Below are positions 9,320-17,631 of a DNA stretch of 64,000 nucleotides, one piece after another. How positions within the stretch are numbered: the first letter of the stretch is position 1; the number at the start of each line of letters is the position of its first letter. The notes beneath the pieces are model-generated. The model was not told the origin of the DNA. It was given only the letters and a program-made list of their open reading frames with translations, and made no database searches. The position numbers were made by a program, and so were the translations under genes. The stretch is from Candidatus Methylophosphatis haderslevensis (GTDB taxonomy: Bacteria; Pseudomonadota; Gammaproteobacteria; Burkholderiales; Rhodocyclaceae), in contig JADJSA010000007.1 of the NCBI GenBank assembly GCA_016711925.1, positions 18,087-82,086 of the forward strand, given 5' to 3'.

Positions 9320-12208
9320 TCAGCGAATCGGGCTCGCGATTTGCCCGATCACGCTGTCGCGCAGTGCGACGGGCGAAATCATCTGCGGGGTCTGCGGGCC
9401 GAGCCGCCGGTCGCGCAGGCGATCGACCATCGGCACGGCATGGTCGAACAGTTCGCGCAGAGTGAGCTTGCGGTCGCGATCGGCGTCGGCTGCACCGCTC
9501 AGACCCTCGAGCAGCGCATAGGTGAACAGGCCGTGCCGGCCCGGCGCATATTCTTGCGAATCCTCGCCGCCGCGCGCCGCCACCACCAGGGCGAAGCGCG
9601 AACTGGCCGAGCGTTTGGCGAGATTGTGAGAATCGAAGGTGCCGGCGATGTTCTTTGCCTGGCAGGTGTCGACGATCAATATGCGGCGTCCGGCGACGGC
9701 GCGCAACGCGTCGAAGAAATGCGTCCATGAGAGCAGCGAATCGCCGCCCGGCGGACGGCCCCTGACCAATTGTTCGACGTCTTTCGGATCGGCATCGCGC
9801 GGCACGAAGTAGTAGTTGCCGGCAGCGTCGCTGATGCCGTGCGAGGCGAGGAAGATCACCACCGTGTCGCGTGCGCGCGCTGAGCGCGCGAACTTGAGCG
9901 CGGCGAGGATGCTGGCCTTGTCGGGCTTGCCGGCGCTGGCATCGCTGAGCAGTTTGACGCGTACGTTGGCGAAGAGGCCCTTGCCCGTGCGTTCGAGTGC
10001 GGCGGCCATCTCCTCGGCGTCCTGTGCGGAGAAGTTCAGCCTGAACTTGTCGGCCAGCCGCGGAAAGCTGCCCGCACCGATCGCGAGCAGGTAGAGATCG
10101 CCACGGCCCGCGGCGGGTTCGGCGGCGTCGGAGAATACGACCTGTTCGGCAACGCCGATCGAGACGCCGTTGAACACCTCGACCCGCACCCGATTGATGC
10201 CGCGCGCGAGTTCAAGGTCGAGCTCGCGCGAAAACTGCTCGCTTGCGCCGCCGGAGAGTTCGCGCTCGCTGGCGGCGATCACCGGGACGTTGTTGACGAA
10301 CACCGCGACATCGCGCATCGGCAGGCGCGTGCGCTGCGCGCTCAGCCGAAAACGGGAACGGGATGCACTCTTCTCGCTGCGCCGCAGCCGTTCGAGTTGC
10401 AGCCGGGGCGGGGCCACTTCCGCCAGCCGCGTGACATCGAATCCCTTCTTCCCGTCGATCTCCGGCAACGCGCGACCCTTGCTGGTGAAAAATGCCTGGA
10501 CCATATCCGGCCGGTAGAGCAGCCGGTCGAACTGCGAGGCCAGCACGAAGTCGGGCGCGCTCTCCTTGCCCTGGTTGATAAGCCAGCCGATGTAGTTGTC
10601 GCCCTGCGGCGATGATGTGTAGTAGCCAGCCGGAATCCAGGCGATCCATTCGCGGCTGTGCGCGTGCACGAACAGCGCCAGCACTTCGGCGCCGTCGTCC
10701 ATCCGGTACCAGCGCAGGGTGCCGTCGCCCAGACCGGCGACCACCCATTCGCCATTGCCGCTGATCGTCGCCGCCAGCGCCACCGACGGAAGCGCCTTGC
10801 TCCACGCGATGGCGCCGGCGGAATCGACGCGGTGCAGGTTCCATTCGGTGCCGAGCACGGCGCTGCGCAGGTTCGGCGCGATCGCATGGCAGCGCGACCG
10901 CTCGTAGGGTTCGAGCGCGATGGCCTTGCCGTTGAGCATCGGGCGATAACCGTCGCGGGCGTGTTCGATTCTCCAGCCTGCGGCCGAACGGATCGGCCCT
11001 TGCAGGCCGCGACGCTGTTCGGCCGATGGTTCGCCGTCGGCTTCGGCGAGCGAGAAATACGCCGGGCCACGTGGCGCCGGAAACGACACCAGCGACGCAT
11101 CGGGAGCGAGTTTGAGCGTGGCGTTGATGTACACCGGCAACTCCGACTCATGCACCGCCAACACCTTGCCCTCGCTGTCGATCAGGCCGATGCTCGGATC
11201 GTCGGTGGTGAACGCGATCTCGCCCGACGCCGTGGCGGCGATGTCCCCGAGGCGGGTGCGGGCAACCGGCGTGGCGACCGGCTTGCCGCGCCCGTCTGCG
11301 GGCCAACAGCGGATGTGGTTGGTACCCGCGGCGCGAGCCTCGCCCGCGGCGCAGAGTTTTTTGCCGCGCGCCGCCCAACTCAGCGAATAGAGGTTGACCA
11401 GATTGGCCGCCGCGTCGCGGGCCGAGGCCCAGATTGGCGTCAAGTCCCGGGCCGAGAGGACGGCGATGCGCGGCGTGTCGTAAAAGCCTACGGCTATCCG
11501 CTCGCCGTCCGGTGAATAGCGGATCGACGCCGGTTTGTTCCCGGCGAGCATGCGCTTGCGCAGGCGCAGCCTGGCCTGCTCGTCATAGAGCCGGACCATG
11601 CCGTCGAGCGAACTGACCGCGAGGCGCCCGGCCGCGTCGTAGTCCATCTCGATTATTTTGTCGGCATACTGCGCGTCGCGCCCGGCAATCCGGTAGTCGC
11701 TGCTGTCCAGAACGTAGAGCCCCGAATTGCCAAGCAGGCCGACCGCCAGGTGCTTTCCGTCCGGCGAATAGCCGAGCGCGCCGACCCCTTCGGGAAAGCC
11801 GCCGATCCGGCGCACCAGGCGCCCGCCGTTCATGTCGAACAGATAGACGCTGGCCTTGCCGTCCCAGTCCCAACCGGTCCACCCGGCCACAGCCAGGGTG
11901 GCGCCGTCGGGCGAGAGGGCGGCGGCGTACAACTGGCCTTCGTTTCCGTCGGCGATCGGCACGCGCAAGGTCGCCCGCAACTGCAAGTCGGGCAGGCCCC
12001 AGATGCGTATGGTTTTGTCGTGACCGACCGAAATGATCTGGGAACGCGTGGCGTCGGCCACGATCTTGTGCACGGCGCCGACGTGGGAGCCGGGTTCGAT
12101 CAGAAGAATCGGCGCTGCCGGCGGCCCGTCGATGCGCGCGACCCCCGGCAGGGGACAAGCGAGGCTGGTGGCGGCCAGCAGCGCCGCGAGCCAGCGCCGA
12201 CTACCCAC
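9320..12208 (-). CDS. secreted WD40 beta-propeller / caspase (peptidase C14) fusion protein
   Basis: N-terminal signal peptide (RRWLAALLAATSLA). WD repeats (GHDKTIRIWGL, SLDGMVRLYD, GLGDGTLRWY). C-terminal C14 domain with His in VVIFLASHG and Cys in ILIVDTCQA. Confidence 0.8.
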   Translation of the reverse strand: MGSRRWLAALLAATSLACPLPGVARIDGPPAAPILLIEPGSHVGAVHKIVADATRSQIISVGHDKTIRIWGLPDLQLRATLRVPIADGNEGQLYAAALSPDGATLAVAGWTGWDWDGKASVYLFDMNGGRLVRRIGGFPEGVGALGYSPDGKHLAVGLLGNSGLYVLDSSDYRIAGRDAQYADKIIEMDYDAAGRLAVSSLDGMVRLYDEQARLRLRKRMLAGNKPASIRYSPDGERIAVGFYDTPRIAVLSARDLTPIWASARDAAANLVNLYSLSWAARGKKLCAAGEARAAGTNHIRCWPADGRGKPVATPVARTRLGDIAATASGEIAFTTDDPSIGLIDSEGKVLAVHESELPVYINATLKLAPDASLVSFPAPRGPAYFSLAEADGEPSAEQRRGLQGPIRSAAGWRIEHARDGYRPMLNGKAIALEPYERSRCHAIAPNLRSAVLGTEWNLHRVDSAGAIAWSKALPSVALAATISGNGEWVVAGLGDGTLRWYRMDDGAEVLALFVHAHSREWIAWIPAGYYTSSPQGDNYIGWLINQGKESAPDFVLASQFDRLLYRPDMVQAFFTSKGRALPEIDGKKGFDVTRLAEVAPPRLQLERLRRSEKSASRSRFRLSAQRTRLPMRDVAVFVNNVPVIAASERELSGGASEQFSRELDLELARGINRVRVEVFNGVSIGVAEQVVFSDAAEPAAGRGDLYLLAIGAGSFPRLADKFRLNFSAQDAEEMAAALERTGKGLFANVRVKLLSDASAGKPDKASILAALKFARSARARDTVVIFLASHGISDAAGNYYFVPRDADPKDVEQLVRGRPPGGDSLLSWTHFFDALRAVAGRRILIVDTCQAKNIAGTFDSHNLAKRSASSRFALVVAARGGEDSQEYAPGRHGLFTYALLEGLSGAADADRDRKLTLRELFDHAVPMVDRLRDRRLGPQTPQMISPVALRDSVIGQIASPIR

Positions 12209-12229
12209 GTGGCCGGCCCCGCAGCCTGG

Positions 12230-13978
12230 TCAGGAGCAGGCCGTGGCGCGAGACTGCTCTGCGCGGCGCACTGCCACATGCCGCGCCGGCGCGCGCGCTT
12301 TGCACGCCACCGGCGGCGTCGTTGCCGCGTTGCTCGCGCGGGCGAACACATCTGGGGCGGCGCCATAGGCTGGGGAACTGCGACCCAGATCGGCCGTCTG
12401 CGCGATGCCGCGACCGCTGAGTTCGCCCGGCCGGTGCGGCGCACTGGCCTGCACCGGGTTCTCGGCGACTCGCAGGCCGCGGGTTACCGTGTCGCCCTGC
12501 AGCCGCGCGAGCGCAAACGACGCGCGGGTGACGCGGCCGAAGATCAGCGGTTGGACCGGATTGCCCGGGGCTGCCGCCAAGGTGCGGGTTGTGGCAGCGC
12601 GCGCCTGACGCGGACGGCGGTTGCGCGGCGGGTTGGCGGCGTACTCGTCGTCGCCGGCTTGCGCGACCGCTCGCGAGGCGGCGGCTTTGGCGGCCTGGGT
12701 TTGGCCGGAGGCGCGCCGGGCAGGGAAGTCGGCGGCGGTGTCTTTCGGCGCGGTGGCGGCCGTGGGCCGCGTGGCGTCGAACTCGCCGATGCTGCGATCG
12801 ACGATATCCATGCCCTGGCGCAGCGACTGCGCCGCAGGCGCACCGGCACGGCTCGGATCGGCGCTCGAATCGGGCAACATGACGGTGATGCTGCCGGGGT
12901 CCGGGTTACGCTGTTGCGACGCGGGGCTTTGCGGCACGCTTCCGGCCACCGGGTCGCCCTGCTGCGACGTCGGGCCGTGGGGAACCTGGCCGCGCGGCGT
13001 TTCTCTCCCTCCGACGGCCTTGCCGGTTGATGGATCGATCGCACTGGCACTCGGCGCATAGGCGAGTTTGACCGGTTCGCTCGCGGCCGTGTTGCGTACG
13101 CTGCCTGAACCGGCGCTTTCCCATGCAGCCGGAGCGGGAGCGGAATTGCTGGCAGCGCTGCCCGGTGCGGCTCTGCCCGAGCGCTCGGCCTGTTGCGGGC
13201 GCGACGGTGCCGGCTGGGGCGCGCTGGTCGGTGCGGCCTGCGTTGCGCTGGCATTGGGCGGCGGGAACGCTGCCGGCGACACTGCGGTCTTGAGCAGCGT
13301 TCCGTCCGGGTTGCGGTAGTAGTTGATGGTGATCTCGTGGCCGTCCGATCCCTTGACGTACTCGGTCTTGACCGGGTTGCCGAGCCCGCCACCCGTGCTG
13401 GTCCTGGATGCGCCGGCGGCGGTTTGCGCCGCTGCCGCAGCCGCGGTGGCCGCGGGGCGATCCGCGCCGCCTTGCCCCGTGGCGGAGGCTGGCGCCGGTG
13501 GTGGCGGCGCAGCCGCCGCGCGAGGTGCCGACGAAACCGCTTCTACCGGTTTGGCAGGCTGATCGGGTGCCTTGGTGATGGCGACGGACGGGGTACGGGG
13601 AATCTGCCCGTTCAGGCCGCCGCCGCCGAGCATGGATTTGGCACCGGAGACCGGCGCCGGCTGCGCCGCTGCGGTCTTTGCGGCAGGGGCGACCTTTGCG
13701 GCAACGGCCGCCGCCGCGGACGCCGCGCCCTTTGCAACAGCCGGGACCAGCGGGGGCGGGGCTTTGACGGGCTTGGCGGCGGCGGACGTGGTCGACTGCC
13801 TGGATGCGCTTTGGCTGGTGTTCGGCGGAATGATGCCTCCGCTCGAGAATCTCGCATCGGCCTTGCCGGATGCCAGGACAGAGAAAACGATGCCCAGACA
13901 CAGGGCAGAGATGCGCCGCGTTGGCCCGGTGCACGTCCGGCGGGAATTGTGCCGCGCTGCAGTCGAGATTCGTGTCAT
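12230..13978 (-). CDS. secreted Ala/Pro/Ser/Thr-rich low-complexity protein (582 aa), function unknown
   Basis: GGGGAGA RBS plus ATG at 13978, signal-like segment ISALCLGIVFSVLASGKADA. It is the only frame without an extreme Arg bias. It sits tightly packed between the TpsB-like and caspase genes. Confidence 0.5.
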   Translation of the reverse strand: MTRISTAARHNSRRTCTGPTRRISALCLGIVFSVLASGKADARFSSGGIIPPNTSQSASRQSTTSAAAKPVKAPPPLVPAVAKGAASAAAAVAAKVAPAAKTAAAQPAPVSGAKSMLGGGGLNGQIPRTPSVAITKAPDQPAKPVEAVSSAPRAAAAPPPPAPASATGQGGADRPAATAAAAAAQTAAGASRTSTGGGLGNPVKTEYVKGSDGHEITINYYRNPDGTLLKTAVSPAAFPPPNASATQAAPTSAPQPAPSRPQQAERSGRAAPGSAASNSAPAPAAWESAGSGSVRNTAASEPVKLAYAPSASAIDPSTGKAVGGRETPRGQVPHGPTSQQGDPVAGSVPQSPASQQRNPDPGSITVMLPDSSADPSRAGAPAAQSLRQGMDIVDRSIGEFDATRPTAATAPKDTAADFPARRASGQTQAAKAAASRAVAQAGDDEYAANPPRNRRPRQARAATTRTLAAAPGNPVQPLIFGRVTRASFALARLQGDTVTRGLRVAENPVQASAPHRPGELSGRGIAQTADLGRSSPAYGAAPDVFARASNAATTPPVACKARAPARHVAVRRAEQSRATACS

Positions 13979-14010
13979 CGTGTTCTCCCCTATCGACCGC
14001 CTGCGCGGTC

Positions 14011-15726
14011 TCAGAAGCGGTAGCTGAGTCCAGCGAACAGCCGCGGACGGCGGTTGCCAGGCTCGGACACATCGCGCGTCAGCGGCTGCGCGACTTCCAC
14101 AAACGCGCCGGCGCTGCTGCCCAAATTCATGCGCACTCCCAGGCCCGCGGAGGACGCGGAGTGTGAAGAAACTTCACCGAGATCTTGCCGCGGCGAGCGA
14201 ATCCAGGCCTTGCCGATGTCGTAGAAACCGTAAACCGTGTACGGGCCGGGCAGCGCTTCGGGTTTGCCGCCGCTCAGGCGCAGCTCGAGCTTGAGCGCCA
14301 GGCCGGAATCGCCCACCAGTTCGGCCGCATTGTAGCCCCGCCCGAACTGTTCGCCGCCGAACGCGAACTGCTCCGGCACCAGCAGGCTGTTGGCGGCGAT
14401 CTGGCCATTGATTGCCGCCAGCAGCGACCAGCGCTCGGCGATCGATTGCAGCCGAGCGGCATAAATCGTGGTCTTGAAAAAGTCGTTGCGGCCGTTCTCG
14501 CGCGAACGGTCCGGATCGTCGTTCGACGATGCGCCCAGGCCGCGCAGACCCTTGGACAATTCGACCTCGAGCAGATTCACGCCGCCTAGGGTATCCACCG
14601 AGTCGAGCGTCATTGCCAGCCGCAGCGCGCGAATTCGGTCGCGGGTAACCGGCGAACCGGGCACGTCGGTCTTGCCGTTGTGCGCGGTGTAGGCGCCGCG
14701 CAGATAAACGTTGGCGTCCTGCGTGCGGTAGAGCGGGTAGCTCGCCGAAATTGCCATGCCGCGCGACTGCGTTTCGAGGTTGCTGTTGAAGCCGGGATCG
14801 CTGGCGCGTGAATCGCTGCCATTGACCGAAAGGCCCACCCGCGCGCCGCTCGATCCGATCGGTTCGTCATGGGAAAGGACGAGGTAGTTAAGTTCGCGGT
14901 TGCCGGTGGTCACGGCACGAAACGCAGTCTCGTCGAAGTTCCCGGTAAGCCCGGTTGCGAACACGTCGAAATAGCCGCGCCAGGCACCGGCGGATCGACT
15001 GCCCCGGTTGTCCGCAGCGACCGCGCCGCCGAAGCGGTTGCGCGCGACCTCGATGACCAGCGCATGCGCGCCGGGTTGCCCGGAGATCGGTTCCAACGCG
15101 GAAGAAACGCCGAGGCCGCCGAGATCGTTCATCAGGAACAGATTGCGCTCGAGCACGTTTGCCGTTGCCGGGCGCTCCTGGCGAATCGGCTGGACGAACG
15201 GCTCGAAGGCCGCGAGCGGGATGTCGCCGCCGCCTTGAATCCGCACCTCGGCCACGTAACCCTCGCTGGCGGCAAGACGCACCACGCCGTTGGTCACGCT
15301 TTGCTCGGGCACCGCGACTTCCGACAACAGGTAGCCGTCGCGTCGATAGCGCTGAGTGAGCGTCTCGGCCAGCGCCATCAACTCGGCCTGCGTCACCTTG
15401 CGGCCGAGGTAGGGCGCGAACACCGGTTGCAGATCGTCCTGACGATACACGGTGCTGCCTTCGAGTTGGAAACCCGATACGTCGACGCCTTCGCCCAGCG
15501 GGGGCGGACGGGTTGCGCGTTGGGGCAGGGCCGGCGGGCGCGGTCTCGCGCCACTGCGCGATTGCGGCGGCTTGCGGAATTGCCGTTCGACCTGGCCGCC
15601 GGAATCGATGTCGCCGGCGCCGATTGCGACCGGCACAGAGGTTGCGCAAAGGATGAGAACGGCGAGCGGCCGCCGGGCAATCAGGCAGACGCGGTTACGG
15701 CGTCGATCACTCAAGTTGGGCTGCAT
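14011..15726 (-). CDS. ShlB/FhaC/HecB-family (TpsB) outer-membrane transporter with POTRA domain
   Basis: 571 aa. Signal peptide, POTRA-like FQLEGSTVY...LGRKVTQAELMALAETLTQRYRRDGYLLSEV, and a beta-barrel ending ...RLFAGLSYRF with a terminal aromatic residue. Confidence 0.8.
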   Translation of the reverse strand: MQPNLSDRRRNRVCLIARRPLAVLILCATSVPVAIGAGDIDSGGQVERQFRKPPQSRSGARPRPPALPQRATRPPPLGEGVDVSGFQLEGSTVYRQDDLQPVFAPYLGRKVTQAELMALAETLTQRYRRDGYLLSEVAVPEQSVTNGVVRLAASEGYVAEVRIQGGGDIPLAAFEPFVQPIRQERPATANVLERNLFLMNDLGGLGVSSALEPISGQPGAHALVIEVARNRFGGAVAADNRGSRSAGAWRGYFDVFATGLTGNFDETAFRAVTTGNRELNYLVLSHDEPIGSSGARVGLSVNGSDSRASDPGFNSNLETQSRGMAISASYPLYRTQDANVYLRGAYTAHNGKTDVPGSPVTRDRIRALRLAMTLDSVDTLGGVNLLEVELSKGLRGLGASSNDDPDRSRENGRNDFFKTTIYAARLQSIAERWSLLAAINGQIAANSLLVPEQFAFGGEQFGRGYNAAELVGDSGLALKLELRLSGGKPEALPGPYTVYGFYDIGKAWIRSPRQDLGEVSSHSASSAGLGVRMNLGSSAGAFVEVAQPLTRDVSEPGNRRPRLFAGLSYRF

Positions 15727-15768
15727 TGACGAATTATCGGGCGGTTGGTTTGGGGTTGCTCACGGCTA

Positions 15769-15796
15769 AGTCGAAACCGGCGCCCGCGGGGTTCAA
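15769..15796 (-). promoter_or_regulatory. ECF-type promoter candidate TTGAACC-N16-CGACT upstream of the TpsB-like operon
   Basis: The minus strand reads TTGAACC-ccgcgggcgccggttt-CGACT. The -10 lies about 43 nt upstream of the ATG at 15726. Confidence 0.6.
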
Positions 15797-16155
15797 GAAA
15801 TTTAAGGCGGGCGGGCGAACAATCGGGCTGCGTCCAGCGTCCAAAGTGCCATCGAGCCGGTCGGGCGCGCCGGCAAACGCCGGCCGGCATGATGCTGAAA
15901 TCCGTCTTGCGGCACGCCAGCCGCCGGATCGGGACCAGCCTGCGGGTCGGGACCGGGAGCGCTCCACGCCGATCCGCCACGCAGACGATGGTATCCGACT
16001 CCATTGGCATCGTCCAGATCAAATGCTGTCGCCGCGTGGCGACAGGGAGTGCGTAGCCGATCGTCTCGCACGGGGCTTGCAGCGCGGCCGGTCCGCTGCG
16101 CCCAAGCGCCCATGCAATAATCCGTACCGCTTCTGCCGATGGCGACAAACACAAT

Positions 16156-16183
16156 TTGAACCTGCGCGCGCCTTGCTGCGACT
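16156..16183 (+). promoter_or_regulatory. ECF-type (autoregulatory) promoter candidate TTGAACC-N16-CGACT upstream of the sigma gene
   Basis: The plus strand reads TTGAACC-tgcgcgcgccttgctg-CGACT. The -10 ends 5 nt before the ATG at 16189, which implies a leaderless or near-leaderless mRNA. Confidence 0.55.
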
Positions 16184-16188
16184 CAACA

Positions 16189-16767
16189 ATGACGTCACGA
16201 AACGCCGAGCCGGAAGACCCTCGCATACGGACCCTGCTCGACGCTGTTGAACGCGGCGACGAGGCAGCCATGCAGGATTTGTACCGCTCGTTCAACCGGC
16301 GCGTGTTCGCGTTCGCGATGAACCGTCTGAACGACCATGCGGAGGCCGAAGAAGTGACCATCGATACGCTGCTCGAAGTGTGGAAGCACCCGCAACGATT
16401 CCGTGGCGAATCGCGCTTCAGCACGTGGCTGCTCGGCATCGCGCATCACAAGGCGATCGATCGCCTGCGTTCGCGTCGCAACGATCATGTGCCGGCAGAC
16501 GAGCATCTCGATCTGATCGCCGACCCGGCATTGCGCCCCGACCAGGTGGTCGAAGCGGCCGATCGGCAGCGCATGCTCGCCGAGTGCATGGACAAGCTGC
16601 CCGACGAACAGCGCGAGTGCCTGCACCTGGTGTTGCTCGACGGGCTGTCGCTGGCGGAAGTGTCGCAGGTCCAGGCATGCCCGGAAAACACGGTGAAGAC
16701 GCGGCTCTTCCACGCGCGGCAGAAGATGAAGAACTGCCTCGGGCGGCTCGAAGCCTGGAGTGCCTGA
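16189..16767 (+). CDS. ECF (group 4) RNA polymerase sigma factor
   Basis: Sigma-70 region 2 (DLYRSFNRRVFAFAMNRLNDHAEAEEVTIDTLLEVW) and region 4 (LPDEQRECLHLVLLDGLSLAEVSQVQACPENTVKTRLFHARQKM). The start is taken at ATG 16189. Confidence 0.88.
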   Translation: MTSRNAEPEDPRIRTLLDAVERGDEAAMQDLYRSFNRRVFAFAMNRLNDHAEAEEVTIDTLLEVWKHPQRFRGESRFSTWLLGIAHHKAIDRLRSRRNDHVPADEHLDLIADPALRPDQVVEAADRQRMLAECMDKLPDEQRECLHLVLLDGLSLAEVSQVQACPENTVKTRLFHARQKMKNCLGRLEAWSA

Positions 16768-16768
16768 C

Positions 16769-17452
16769 ATGAGCGAACCGACGACCGAAGCGAACGGCGC
16801 ACGGACTGCCATGATGTTCGCGTATCTGAATGGCGAATTGCCGGCTGACGAACGCGCGCGCTTTGAAGCGACGCTCGACGCCGAGCCGAAGCTTGCCGCC
16901 GAACTGGCCGACTGGCGGCAGCTTCGCGGCGAACTCGAAGTGCGCAGGCAGCAGCGCGCGCCGGAGGCCGGACTGGACGCGTTTTCACGCCAATTGCGGG
17001 GTTTGCGGCAGTCGCGCAAGGCCGGCCTTGCCGCATGGATCGAGGGCGCGATGCGCCCGCTCTATTCACCCCTGCGCTATGCCGCAGCGTTGCTGCTGGT
17101 GGTGGTACAGGCCGGTTTCATCGCCGCCATGTTGCGCGACATGCCGGCGGCCGGGCCGGACGACGCCGGCACGCCGACCGCCCGGGTGCGTTCGATCGAG
17201 AATGCGTCGACGGCCTCGCTGCGCGTGCGCTTCCGGCTCGACGCAACCGCGCGCGAGATCGCCGCCGCCCTGGCGAGCGCCGGTGCGCGCATCGTGGATG
17301 GCCCGGGGCAGGGCGGGTTTTATGCTTTGCGGGTCGCCGAGGGCACGCCTGCCGCCGCGGCCGCCGCGCTGCGTAAGAGTGCGGCCGTCGACGAGATTGT
17401 CGAAGGCCCGAACCCCGAGGCGCCGCCCGCCGATCCGCCGCGCAAGCGCTAG
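16769..17452 (+). CDS. anti-sigma factor, single-pass membrane protein
   Basis: The start overlaps the sigma stop (TGACATG). N-terminal anti-sigma-like helix pattern MMFAYLNGELPADERARFEATLDAEPKLAAELADW without Zn ligands. One TM segment (YAAALLLVVVQAGFIAAML) and a periplasmic C-terminal domain. Confidence 0.7.
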   Translation: MSEPTTEANGARTAMMFAYLNGELPADERARFEATLDAEPKLAAELADWRQLRGELEVRRQQRAPEAGLDAFSRQLRGLRQSRKAGLAAWIEGAMRPLYSPLRYAAALLLVVVQAGFIAAMLRDMPAAGPDDAGTPTARVRSIENASTASLRVRFRLDATAREIAAALASAGARIVDGPGQGGFYALRVAEGTPAAAAAALRKSAAVDEIVEGPNPEAPPADPPRKR

Positions 17453-17515
17453 CAGGACGAACCCGCCGCGCCGGGCAATCGCCGCGGCGGCCGCATGCCT
17501 TTGAATAGGCATGCC

Positions 17516-17605
17516 CTGGGAGCCGCATGGAATGGCGCTCTCCGGCATGGCAAGGCTGCGGGCCTTGCCGCATGCGGCTTCCAGCCTGGCATGGCCTGGA
17601 ACGGC
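17516..17605. repeat. REP-like palindromic intergenic element, copy B
   Basis: CTGGGAGCCGCATGGAATGGCGCTCTCCGGCATGGCAAGGCTGCGGGCCTTGCCGCATGCGGCTTCCAGCC..., nearly identical to copy A. Confidence 0.8.
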
Positions 17606-17631
17606 CGTGTGGTGCGGCTTTCCGGCATGGA

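Noticed and set aside
16156-16188. TTG at 16156 as the sigma factor start (track ORF)
   Set aside because: The extension (MNLRAPCCDST) coincides with the promoter-like TTGAACC-N16-CGACT element. ATG 16189 preserves the whole sigma domain.
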